A stretch of DNA of 64,000 bases. Origin: Tubiluchus corallicola (taxonomy: Eukaryota > Animalia > Priapulida). This document shows positions 1 to 12,062 of the stretch, in pieces. The notes beneath the pieces were generated by a model that was not told where the DNA came from, did no database searches, and saw only the letters and a program-made list of their open reading frames with translations. Each line of letters opens with the position of its first letter. The stretch's first letter is position 1. The DNA lies in the NCBI GenBank assembly GCA_030141605.1, contig JAQGDQ010000033.1, forward strand, positions 558,001 to 622,000, written 5' to 3'. A program made the position numbers and the translations under genes.

Positions 1-394
1 CTCAGATGAAAGTACTTTTCGTATTATTATTACATTGTATTAGTTCAAGTGAAAGCTTGTATTTTGAACCTTAATCACCTATTATGCAATATAAGTGCCT
101 TTTATAATGCAAGATTGTTGATTCATAATGATTCCTCTAAAACATGATTGGAACAGCCAGTGGGAGCTATGTATGCTAGTTTAAGAGGCAGGAGTCAGAC
201 AGTCCTAAATTCTAGGAGTCGCAGTCGAGGCTTGACCAATTCCACAACAACTCAGGCTTGCATTAGTAAGGTTGCTATAGGACGCAACTGTAGGGCTGTA
301 CAGTTGGGAATATCCTCAACAATATTTAATATAGCTGAAACAATGTCACGATGACAATATAATTAATAAATTGACATCTCACCTTTCCTAGTAC

Positions 395-702
395 CTGCAT
401 CGGCTGCAGTGCGAACCATGTTACTTGTAGAAACAAACAAATGCTTGAAATCGCTGTCTAGAAAATAAAATACATATATTTCAAGGACTTAAAGTACTTT
501 TGTTTATTATAACGATTGAACTTCAAAAGTCCACAGTGCAAGCGCTGAAAGTTAAAGATTGTGAGGGATGGAAGCTGATATAATAGTAGTTTCCTCATCA
601 CACTGCACAAATGTGCGTATTCAGTATCTACCTGATTTATAAATTGCGACTGGTCCCATCAAGGCCTCATTGGGGTACAGACAAATGATAACAGAAGTCA
701 TT
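395..702 (-). CDS. Possible 5' exons of an unidentified gene continuing off the left edge
   Basis: Two minus-strand segments (about 633-702 and 395-457) have AG|gtag and AG|gtac donors and a ttttctag acceptor. They join in frame as MTSVIICLYPNEALMGPVAIYKSDSDFKHLFVSTSNMVRTAADA. No family recognised. Confidence 0.25.
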
Positions 703-2379
703 AGTCAGAAGAGAAGACACTTCTAAGTCTGCTATTGCTGTTTAAAGTAGCTTGAATAAAAACCGAAAAACAATAATGCTAAAAAATAAGAAAGCATTAA
801 CGTCATTGCCGCTAAGGCCACGTGACAAGCATTACGGATATAACACTAAAGCCGGTGTCACACAGAACTCGACATAATCCGTAAGGCATGAGGACAAAAA
901 GCCACCACATTAAAAATGAAGATATGCTAACCCATGCACCCTGTCACGCATAATCCATTTGCCAACTCTCGCCTTCTGCAGGCTACCTACGGTAAGTCGT
1001 CACCCATAATCAGTGGTGGGCTCCTCACAAGCCGTTTTGTAAGTTTATAAAGTGCCTTATTGCGAAATAAATTAGACCATTAGTTTCATTTTCCGTAAGG
1101 CGCTTGGTATCACTAATGTGATAATTCGCGTATTAAAATATAGGAAAAAAATAAGAAAGACAGTTGTCAGCAAAAAGAGGTAACTGAAAAGTAGAAGATG
1201 AAGGTTGGTGAAGAACAATCCTTGAAGGAAGACAGAGGTTATCAATGATAATATGGAATGGAAACCATGTTAAATTCTCTTGCATTCTCTTACAGCGCGA
1301 AGGGGATGCTTGTTGTATACAGCTGACAAAGAGGAGATCGTTGAACCACCTGAAGTAAATGGGTCCAACCCACATTGTTCGTTCTGCTTTTATCTTTGAA
1401 TTATGCCGTGTTATGTAAAATAAAGCAACAGGATCGAGTGATTGGTTCGGTTTGAATCAGGTAAACTAATAAATTACGGTGAGAAATTATTGATTCATAA
1501 ATGCTGTCAGAAAAATGCTTATGCTTATGGCTTACAAATTATGGATTGCACTTTACGCTTTTCTCTTGTGAGACACAGGCCTAACACTGATGATCGAATA
1601 TTCAAATTAAAATACAGGCCTAAGCTGCAAATTCACGAAAAACATAATTGAAGATTAACACATTTCAATATTTGGAACTGCAACCCTTGTCGCAGTGAAG
1701 GAAAAACGTGCTTTTCATGCCTCCAAATAGTTACTTTAGTTTTTAATGTCAAAATAACTCGTCTTTTAACATGCTTATTTACATCTCAATCTAATACACA
1801 GTGCGAACGTTTACCTGGTGAAAATAATTACAGTTTTAAAGAAAATTGTAAAACTTAGATGATAAATTGATAAAACAAACATTTTCTTAAAAATCCAATA
1901 TGGTGTGTTAGTCCCGCGCTTATGAACAAAAGACTAGATTTAGCTAGTAATTATTCTTTGAACTGGTTCAGTCGTCTAATATGTATTGTGAGCTAAATTA
2001 TTTAATAACAAATCGACTGAACAGGATTTTAATCTAGTCTTGATTTGTTTAATCGTCAGTAAAACCTTAAAAACTCAAAAAATATTTCCAGTCCATTTAA
2101 CACTTATTTACACGCCAACTCACTTTAAAATCTTAATACGCACTGTGACAGACTTCAAAAAGTCCATAAAAAGAGAATAGATGGTAAGCGGCACTAGTAT
2201 TTCCACCACTGGGGGTGTTCCACTCGGACTGAAGCGGCCTCTTGAACCTTAGAATAAGGTAGTCAGTGGAAGACTAACAACCTTTCACATGGTGTGTAAT
2301 TTAACAGTGATATGTTAAATAATAACATCAGTAATTTACAGTGTGGAGGGTGTAAAAGCAGAGGAACATCAGATTACCT

Positions 2380-4600
2380 TTTTACATTAAGAGCCATGCT
2401 AGATTATAATAAAATGATGAATACAGATTTATACCGCTTATTTGGTGATGTTGAAAAGTCCTTTGAATGACTATGGCTACAAAATTGCATTTATCAATTA
2501 TGGAAATTAGGATCTATTTCTCGAAATACATTATATTTGTTTATAAGCTCAACGGTGAAGCTGATACCAAAATTAACACACTTCTCGGATTTACTAAAAA
2601 GTATTAAATTAATTGAAAATGTAAGGCAAGACACCCCAATGGGACCGACTTTATGTGGAATAACTATCAAATGATATAATTGTTAAATACAGTACCATCC
2701 TGTGACAATGTTAGGCCCGGTTCTAGAGGTCAGCATCCTTTTGTACGTGGATGACGTATTATCTGTAGGAAGTGCAAAAACTGCGATTAAAGCAGCAGAG
2801 AAGTTTCAGAGGGATATAGACTCAAAAAATGACAACTTTCAATTTAAAAGAAAACAGAATACATGGAAACCAATATGACAAAAAAGAGAAACAATCCTCA
2901 CTTCAAAAGTTGTGAGAGTGCTAGCATATAAAAAATGCTTTCAACGCACTCCATTCAGTGCTCGTTAAATGACTCAATATTGGGGGCATTAACAACATCA
3001 CATCCTAGATTGTTCCAATTTCGTACAACACGGTGAGAGAAAAAGTGCTTCCTTATATTTGTGCGTGAATATCTCCTATGTAGTTTTCGTTCATGATCAC
3101 GTAACTCTTTATGAGGATGTTCAAAGAAATCATTCAGATCCAAAACTGTGTTCTCATTCAATATTTTAAACACATTGGCAAGACCAATTGTGTTACATCT
3201 CTCCTCTAAGGTAGATATATTGCTAAGATCCAGATCGCTAACAAGACGTAAACATCTTCATTGAACCTTTTCCAACTTTTCTTTAAAAGATACGTATTGC
3301 GAAGCCCAAACAAAGACTCCATACTCCAGCAGGAGCCTGATTAGAGCCTTATAAATAGGTACAACAACTGTTGACCCATGACATACAATTGAACTTCTAA
3401 TAATGCCAATTCTTTGGTTAGCAGTCTTTATAATATGAGCAACATGATCACTAAATTTCAGTGAGTCGGATATGTAAATCCCGAGATCTTGGACCTTATC
3501 AACTTGAGGTATCATACCATTACGTAAAGTGTAAGAAGTATCAACATTGGCCTGTCAAATATTGTGCAAAGCACAGGAAGGAACTAATATTGAATGTAAA
3601 AAACGGCTAAATTAAACAAACTCACGAATACAAATACTTGGGAGATCAGTTCAATAGTAAAAATAATTATCAACTCTGTTTGAAAAGAAAAGATGAAATT
3701 TATGATCTCATACGTAATGAACATTGGTAGCGAATTTAAAGTTGGAACTACTGTCACAGCTGTTCAGCTAATGCTGTGTGAAAATACGGGTAATACCATC
3801 AATAATCAATAATGCTGAGGCTTGGACCAATCTCAGTAAAAACAAAATTGGATTAATTAGAACACATACAAAAAGAAGCAAAATTTTATGCCAAAAAATA
3901 GCACGCCATCTTACAAGTGCAAATAAATAATAACTTTAATAAATGATGGTATTCAAAAATTAAACACATCGAGAAAAAATATAATATTTATATAAATACA
4001 GTGGATATAAATGCAATAAACAAATCTACATGGAAAAGTATGTAAAAAATGAAATGCATTTATTTATAGAAAAAGAATTTCAAACCAAAATAGAAACCGC
4101 GACAAAAGTGACATTTTAAAAAACCTTGCAAGGGCAAATGCACGTTGAAAAGTGCCAGACAGATGAAGTGAAAGATATTAATTATTATGGCAATCAGGCT
4201 TAATATGACAGATGTTAAAGTGAATTTCAAAAATCTGTATAACGGGGATCTGAAATGTTCTTTATGTGAGGTAGCAGAGGATACTACTGAACATCTTTTC
4301 GAATGTACACCTGTGTATGATAGCAATTTGGGCGTATTATTAACACTTGATATAAGTGAATGTAGCGTGAATAAATTACGAATGATTAGTATGTATGTTA
4401 ATGAGCTGTTGAAACTAAAAATATAATCCAAGACGAGTGAACAGCACAAGTAAAGTGATGTAAAAGATATTTGATGTGATTTTGAAAGCAACTTGTGATC
4501 GTATCGTTGATCTCACAAACAGACACTTCTTAATATGCCTGTTTGCTCGTCACTGGTAGTGAAGAGGATCGAGTGTATCCACGGTAATATTAAAATACAC
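2380..4600 (+). mobile_element. Degenerate non-LTR retrotransposon (LINE) ORF2 relic, interrupted by a second LINE
   Basis: RT-like remnants RQDTPMGPTLC (~2625), LYVDDVL (~2741), KYLGD (~3632) and AEAWTNL (~3813); C-terminal zinc knuckle CSLC..EDTTEHLFEC in ORF 4187-4426; many stops and frameshifts. Confidence 0.7.
2930..3560 (-). mobile_element. CR1/L2-group LINE 3' fragment
   Basis: ORFs 3258-3515 (DLGIYISDSLKFSDHV, LLEYGVFVW, LEKVQ) and 2955-3173 (RKHFFSHRVVRNWNNL) carry typical CR1-type ORF2 C-terminal motifs. Confidence 0.85.
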
Positions 4601-7426
4601 GTATACTGCTGATACACTGCGGTTACATATTTTCCGGTCACAAGATTTTTACCAAAAATGATAAACTTTGCTTCTCTGTCGAAAATTGTTGATGAAGAAC
4701 ATTAAACTTACATGAATATAAAACAAACCAAATGTATGCAAAGTTTGGCGGCAAAACTGCTGAGGAATGTTGGCGCACTGTTGTGCCGTATTGATGATTA
4801 ACCACGACTGAAACAACAATGCAATAAGAGTCATACTCCCACGATACTACCAAGCTTGCTTCAGCTAAGGATTTAGAACAAAAAATGATAACTATTGTTC
4901 CACTGTATCCTTCAGAATCCGGAAGCCATGTCTATTAGAGTATTACTTGTTACACTTGCTTAGTAATTAAGATAACTTAGATGTCACTAGCATCTGGAAA
5001 ATTTATAACTTGTAGATGATAAAAATCCACAAAATCCAGTTGTTGTCTCAGCTGCAACAAAAATTATTAGCAGCTTTACAGAATGATTTTCAGAATTATT
5101 ATAGCTAGAATGGTGACTGACAGATATTATGTTGATATTCAGTTGTGGTAAACAACTGCTGATTTGAAGATGTTGAGATTGTCATCAATATTAATAATGA
5201 ATGAATATTAATAATTCTTAATAATGGCCAAAAGTACACATGAGCTGATAGCAAATGACTGCTTGAGTATGATGCTTGCCCTACAAATTTCATTTGCTAT
5301 TTGCTCTTATGGAGAAATGACATTGTGAATTCTACATTTGAACGTGTCGGAGAGATGTAACTTGAGTAAATGGCTTATATTGCCATTGGTAACTGGGATT
5401 TGGTTAGGCCACAAACTCTGTTGAATCAACAACCCCCCCCTCCGTAGTTGAATGCTTTGTGCCAGTGTATATAAGAAAGTGCAAATAGAAAAAAACGAAT
5501 TTGATCTTGGCACCATGTGACCTGAAAATTTAAAGCAATGTATTAGCATTCTGACAAAAAGCAATTTTTAAACAAACAAGATTTTGTGTGATTCAGAAAT
5601 ACATTGCTTTTACAAATAAATGATTATTAAACTTGTATAATGGATTGGTTAGCTAAAATCTGCATCTTGGATACTGCACATGTGCACGTGTAGAAAGTTC
5701 TGTTGATCATGAAAGGACTTCAAAAACCGTAAAAAATTTCTTTACAAGACTGCAAATGAGAACCTGTAATACCGCTGAGATTACAGTATCGTATTTCAAT
5801 CAAACTTGTGCGAAGGAGATGTGGCATCTTAATTCACAACGTATGTTTGTGAAATTACTTGACTCAAAGTCCAACTCACATTAACTTCTTAATCAAAGGT
5901 TCACTGTATTCGTTGAGTTTCTGTATCTTGAATTTGTCAAAAAATGCTTACAAGCAATCATGTTTTAGAAAATCCATTAATATACACATTTACAATTATT
6001 GCGTGTGTCATATACATGAAATCTGGTTTATAATTATTACTGATTCGCGACTCCACATCTCATGTGCAAATCAGTTTTGTAGCAATGGCAATCGTAGCTT
6101 CATGTGATGTGACTTCAAAATGACAACATAATTATAACCAAAATCATATCTTCAAAAATTCATGCATGATAAGTTTAATGGAAAATAATCATTTTGCATA
6201 ACTGCAGTTTAGTAATGATTTCATTCTGATAAGAATTCTTATGAAAATGTAGCTAATTGAACCTAAGACATCATGCCAGTATCTTTCATCACTGTAACAC
6301 TTGCAAGATTTAAAAAATGGTACTTTTGACACCAACAAACGAAAAATACATAATCATTTATGGTTCGTGAAATTTTGGTCGCGTCTGCTTTACGAGTGGT
6401 CAAAAAATCATAGTATCCTCCTAGTAACCAAAGTAAAGCAATGCCTAGCCTGATTACTAAAAAGGATGAGTGATCGTCGAGAAATAAAACTGCTTCTGTG
6501 CAGTCTAACAATCACACTAACCCACTATTTACCTCATCGTTTACTTCTCTGCTGTTCAGTGTCTTATCTTAAAACACTATTTCTGATAACGAGAAAGATT
6601 CCATCCTGTACTAACTACCTTTATTAACTAGGCCCTGTCAGTGAGTGCGCTGCCCTGGCTTGTAGCAAGCTAAATCTTGTAAATAGTGTAAATAAATATT
6701 TCAATTACAAACATACGCTGCACGCAAAAAAGTCGCAAATGATAAAACAGCTGGAAATAACGAGTAAGCAAAAAGGTTCCTAAACAAGCAAATAAAGTGC
6801 ATTAAATTAGCTGTCACAATATTTGCATTACATGTCTTTTGGCAATTTGTAATAAAATAATGTTCACCATTCTGAATACATGTACAAGTGCCAATGCAGT
6901 TCTGTAGAAGCCTTCAGATGATTAATGAATAACCTAATGTTGCACATCTTACACTTACAAATGCACATCAAAATAACAATACCATACATTGGTAGAAAAT
7001 ACAGAAATACAAAACTGTGTACACCAGTTTATAACAACTATAAATTGACTGTTGAAAACTTCTATAGTATTATAAAAGACTGAAAGGACCATATTATATA
7101 AGTGCATGTTTGTCTCCTTATGCACACCACAGCTATTGCACCTACAGAGTTGAAGCTTGGCACACTGAAGGAGTTTTTGTAGAGTGATACAATCAAGAAT
7201 ACACACAGCCACGGCCGTTAAATAAACTCAGAATCTCTCAGTGGACTTACCCATTATATGGGTGTCTTGCAAACCAGTTTATTCTAGTTGAAAGTACATG
7301 CAGGCTCAGTGAACGTGCGTCTACAAGTGGGGAATTTGATGCGTGGGTTTTATACCAGATTTACATGAAACTTCCTCCAAAGCAAATGTGCACATCATTC
7401 TTGTGTAGCGGTAAACTTTACATGTG

Positions 7427-8827
7427 CAGGCGCAGATACAGAATTTAGAAAAATGATGGGCCCAACAAAAAAGCAGCTACGCGGACTGTAAGCTCTCCCA
7501 GCAGGGTCCGTGACAGAGCACCAGCCACCAACACATTTTCCTATATTTAAAAGCATTTTGGAGGCCTCAAATGAGATATAAATTCTGGTACACGGACTTC
7601 CTCAAACGTGAAAAATGGTGCCTTAATAAATATATTTTACCTCCACTCATCTAGGTAATATTCATTGTATTCCATTGTTGTACTCATATACCTTAAAGCA
7701 AGTTCCTAATACAATGCAATGCGGATGACCCATTACTTAAGCTTAACTTTTTTAGTGTCAAAATTATCTACCCAGCAAAATGTGGATAGTCAAACATAAA
7801 AATATTCAATTATTAGTAAATTCAAATGTTGATAGTTACACACACAGAAACCTCCACTCACTGGATAAGTTTTACAGTGTTCAGTGGTTGCTCCCAAACT
7901 ATTGCAAATTTTGAGTGCAAATTTATAACCATTTTTTTCTGATTTGAGATTGATAAGTTTACAGCCCACCCACTGTTCATACAAAATTTAACAAGTTTGC
8001 GTGCGTGCTAATTTTTCCCATTGGACACAGCTAAACAGCATAACGTCTCAGCCACACATGCATTTTACGCATTGTAGACAATTTTGTGGCTGCTATAAGC
8101 TATTTCTTATGTCACCTCAAACTTGTAACTCATAATTTCACAGAAATATATTACTATACTACACAGAGTACATAACTTTCTAGTGCTTTGAAAAATAGAA
8201 CCGTACATAAAAAATGTACTAAATTTTAGTTGTGTGTGATTTTAATGTGATTATTGACTACACACTGATTACACTGATCACTACCCAATCCCAACACTGC
8301 TTTTAAATAAGCCTTAGATTGTATGACTCACAATTTTCGGACACTTTGGTAATGCTCCCATACTCGGTGTTAAATTTGGCTTCACCAATGAAAGCTATTA
8401 TATCATGAAATGATCTGAAGAGGCTAAAAATAACTTCCAGTTCTAGTTTTGGCTTTTAAGCAGATGACTGCTAGCTCCGCTGGTCAAGTGAGCACCTGTA
8501 ATATACATCATCTTCTATTGGCCTGCAGGTTACAGTTGAGGAGCTGATTCACACTCGTTTTACTATGCCACCAAACCAACTGCAGAACGACTTACATGGT
8601 GTGCAGCAATATCTTTGCTTAAAAATTCTATTATTACAGGAAGGCACAGCGTTTTTACATTACAGTCATTAATGCAGAACTTTTTACATGATGTCAGTCA
8701 TTAAAAACTAAACATTCTAATGCTTATGATGCACAGAAAATGTTCATCTGGTGTGTTGTAAGTGCTACTGTGAAAGGCGAATAACTGTTACCTAGGCCCC
8801 TTGTGCCACCCCATAAATCCGCCACTG
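7427..8827. mobile_element. Possible old non-autonomous DNA transposon (CAG...CTG ends)
   Basis: Left end caggcgcagatacag and right end taaatccgccactg are imperfect inverted termini with GC-rich subterminal blocks; no TSD established. Confidence 0.3.
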
Positions 8828-9045
8828 ACACACGTGTCAAAGTAGTCAGTACTGTCAGGCATCGTCATTACTGTTGTGGACAATCAAAAACTGCTTTACC
8901 TGCCATCCATCTTGTTGAATGTTCCACAGGAAAGGTTTATAACAGAAGTTTACCACTACACTTTAAAATTGTTTGGAAGGGTCCAAAAATTATATTAGTG
9001 AGTTGAAGCGAAACGATGGAAGGCTGTATAACCAAATTAAAATAT

Positions 9046-9942
9046 TTATAATATGCCTCGCAAACCCATGTGGCCACACTTTTTCCCAGCAATTTTACAG
9101 CCAAATTCTAATACTCTCAAAACAGGCTCACCCTTACATAGATGTGAAATACAAGCTGCAATGAATGTGTCACCAGCACCTAATGTGTCTATAACACAAG
9201 CTGGTTTCACAGCGGGACAGGATATTACTAAGCCATCGGCAGTACATGCACTTGCTCCATTAGCACCCCATGGGCATATAATAGTAGCACTGGGTCTACA
9301 GCTTTTATGTAGTCCTTTGGCAGCTTCTTCCATTGTTGTGAAACCTTTGTATACTGCATAATCTTTGCCTACAAACACTATATCACCAATGTGCAAAAGT
9401 GGAGTTAGTTCATCGTATGGTTTCTCAACCTCAACTGATATCTTGATCCCAACATCTGCACTCGTCAAATTATACTGACGAACAGCATCAGCCATTTTTT
9501 TAATATGGTCCACATTTCTTGACCTGCCTTCAAAATGAACCCAACAAAATTTTGCTAAGGATAACTTTTCGAAATCACTGAAAGAAACTTCAGGCAAATT
9601 TTTCTTACAATGTAGTATTGTGCGGGATCCATTCTCAGAATTTATGATTACAGAACTCAGCGGCGTCTCGCATTTATCGTGGACAATATAATTAGCTTCA
9701 ATTCCACTCTCTTGAAAGTCTGCCTGCAGGTATTTGGATGGCCAGTCATTTGTGATGACTCCCAAAAATTCACATTTGACACCCAATTGGACAAGAATAG
9801 TGCAATTGTTTGATGCATTCCCACCTCGAACTATGTATTGATCAATGCATCTTTGGTCGGTATCTTCCTTGGGGTAGGCACGACATACACTAACATTATC
9901 CACACATACAAGCCCAATGCACAAAACTGACTTGCCATTCAT
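9046..9942 (-). CDS. KHK: Ketohexokinase (PfkB/ribokinase family), single coding exon, 298 aa
   Basis: VLCIGLVCVD, YPKEDTDQRC, RGGNASN, NGSRTILH, WVHFEGR, VEVEKP and PfkB signature DTLGAGDTFIA; intact ATG-to-stop ORF. Confidence 0.95.
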   Translation of the reverse strand: MNGKSVLCIGLVCVDNVSVCRAYPKEDTDQRCIDQYIVRGGNASNNCTILVQLGVKCEFLGVITNDWPSKYLQADFQESGIEANYIVHDKCETPLSSVIINSENGSRTILHCKKNLPEVSFSDFEKLSLAKFCWVHFEGRSRNVDHIKKMADAVRQYNLTSADVGIKISVEVEKPYDELTPLLHIGDIVFVGKDYAVYKGFTTMEEAAKGLHKSCRPSATIICPWGANGASACTADGLVISCPAVKPACVIDTLGAGDTFIAACISHLCKGEPVLRVLEFGCKIAGKKCGHMGLRGIL

Positions 9943-10221
9943 TTTCTGAAATGAACAAGCGTTCTTTGATAAGTGCTATGTTTTTACACATTCAATTAAT
10001 CCCTTAAAACAGGTTTGGACTTAGGAAACAACAAGGCATACATGATTAACAAATAGAATAAGCAATGGATCAGCAAAATGTACTTTTGTTTGCAATTAGG
10101 TTGCATTTTCCTTTCTTTCAGTAACTTTTTATTGTAATGTTATATTGGCAGAATGTCTATGTGTTTAAAATACGTTCAAATTACAAATTTTGCACAAAAT
10201 ATCAACACATTTTTAGAAACT

Positions 10222-10602
10222 CTATAAAAGCCAAGGGGGAGATTCAGAATTTGGATCAGCAATCTCCATTTCTGCATCAACAGGAGAATCGCGGTCTGCA
10301 TTCTGTATTCGATATTCATAGTTCATATCATCAGAATCTAATTCATTGTCATCATCATCATCGTTCGTTTCACTTTCATCATCATTATCTTCCTCAAATT
10401 CGTCATCATCTTCAAACCGTTCTGATGCTTTCTTTCCGATAGGAATCACATCTTTGCTTTGATCGGCTATGCTCCGAAGCCATGCTTGATGCTCAAGTTC
10501 TAGTTGTGATAATTCTGCTTCGTCATCAACAGGTCTATCCACATTAAACCACAATGGGTCAACCACATGAGGTAATAGGGAAGGAAACACGGGTGCAGTC
10601 AT
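10222..10602 (-). CDS. ANAPC15: Anaphase-promoting complex subunit 15, single coding exon (~126 aa)
   Basis: N-terminus FPSLLPHVVDPLWFNVDRP..E.EL...E.EHQAWL.SIA.....IPIGK, then an Asp/Glu-rich tail ending in WLL. The true ATG is at 10602; the track's start at 10626 is a TTG. Confidence 0.92.
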   Translation of the reverse strand: MTAPVFPSLLPHVVDPLWFNVDRPVDDEAELSQLELEHQAWLRSIADQSKDVIPIGKKASERFEDDDEFEEDNDDESETNDDDDDNELDSDDMNYEYRIQNADRDSPVDAEMEIADPNSESPPWLL

Positions 10603-11337
10603 CCTGCTTAGTACGTAAGTTAGCAATGTGATGTTTATGGCTCAATAGTGTTGTCAGAAAACATTAAGTCATAACAAAGAAAAATACCTGAAAATAGATT
10701 AAGCAAAGATAAATGGCACAGCTACATTTTCCTGGCTCATAGGCCAGGTCAAAGCAAAATAGGCCTATTTCAAAATCAGCAAACTCCAGTATTATCATAC
10801 AGTGACTTAAATAGCCACTTAATTCTATGCTATACAGTATACAACAAGGCCTGCTACAATGTGCTAAATTGTTTAACAATTCCATATCATTGAATTTATA
10901 TCACTGAATTATTTAGTAATGCTAGCCTGCCATTGAGGGTGCCATTGCATTTTTAAACTTACTTATGTTCTGTGAAGCAAACACATTGCTTGGTAGACAA
11001 TTTCATGAACTAATCATTCAATGACTGAAGAAATGTTTGCTAACACTGAACAAAAAGTTTATCAGGGTGTCCTGATATTAGTAACAGTGAAGGGGTAAAT
11101 AGCAATATCCCATTTCTGGATTATGAATGTCACGCGCTAAGCAAACACTCCTGAAAAGTGAATTGCTTCAAAAAATTGAACTCACATAATATACTACGCG
11201 ACTATACAACAGCAAATGACTAAACTTTTATATGAAAGCAACACGGCAGATAAATCTCGGCAACACAGCAGGTGATTACTGTTCACTTTAACATGGGCTT
11301 ACCAATATGAACTGTGTCTACCAATGCATCTATACTT

Positions 11338-11505
11338 GTCTCAAGTTGGTTTGATATTCGACATTCGATATTCAATTCACCAGTCTCAAGTTGGTTTGAT
11401 ATTCGACGTTCGATATTCAATCGATCTGTCTCAAATTGTTTGATATTCGACGTTCGATCGATCCGTCTCAATTTGGCTTGATATTCGAAGTTCGATATTC
11501 AATAT
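11338..11505. repeat. Minisatellite, about four copies of a 37-45 bp unit
   Basis: Unit gtctcaagttggtttgatattcgacgttcgatattcaa, rich in TCGA palindromes. Confidence 0.85.
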
Positions 11506-11660
11506 TGAAGGTAAAAACAGTTTAATGTGGTTTAATATTCGAGATTCGGCATGGCTTCAAATACACGTCCCACTTTTTGAATGTGAAACTCGGGGGAAAA
11601 GTGCTGGCATACGGGAACAAGAAAGTGTGCAACGGGCAGACACCCATATGATTAGATAGA

Positions 11661-12038
11661 CAGGGTTCCCACAGAACCTTAAAATAAATTTCCCTGACTT
11701 TTCTATGACTTTTCCCTGTTCAAATATTGATCTTCCATAACCAAGACAAGTAGAAATTGCACTACCAGTATACATATTCAAATGTTTTTTGTGTATGGAC
11801 ATCCATACGTATACTGATATATAATGTGTCGGCCAATCATTATTTCTGGAATAGGAATCGAAACTGGGAGCCTGAAATAGCAAAATTTTATTTTAACATG
11901 AATTGCTTAAAAATATGTTTGGAAAAAACTCAGTTCACGGTCATTATTAATGCAGCCCTTTCCTGTTTCAATGACTTTTTGCCCCATTGCCCCAGGATAG
12001 CCTGTATTTTCAAGGATTTTCAGGATTACCGTGGGAAC
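11661..12038 (+). mobile_element. MITE with CAGGGTTCCCAC termini (copy 1)
   Basis: Starts cagggttcccac and ends gtgggaac; internal tttccctgac repeats; homologous inverted copy at about 21690-22064. Confidence 0.8.
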
Positions 12039-12062
12039 TATAATGAGCTAGGGATCAATATA

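Noticed and set aside
9053-10442. Plus-strand ORFs 9053-9361 and 10137-10442 (His-rich)
   Set aside because: Antisense shadows of KHK and of the Asp codon run in ANAPC15.
10603-10626. N-terminal extension MLTYVLSR on ANAPC15
   Set aside because: Starts at TTG and overlaps a branch point/acceptor; similarity to ANAPC15 begins at the ATG at 10602.
11338-11505. CRISPR-like array
   Set aside because: Eukaryotic DNA, degenerate units, no unique spacers of proper length, no cas genes.
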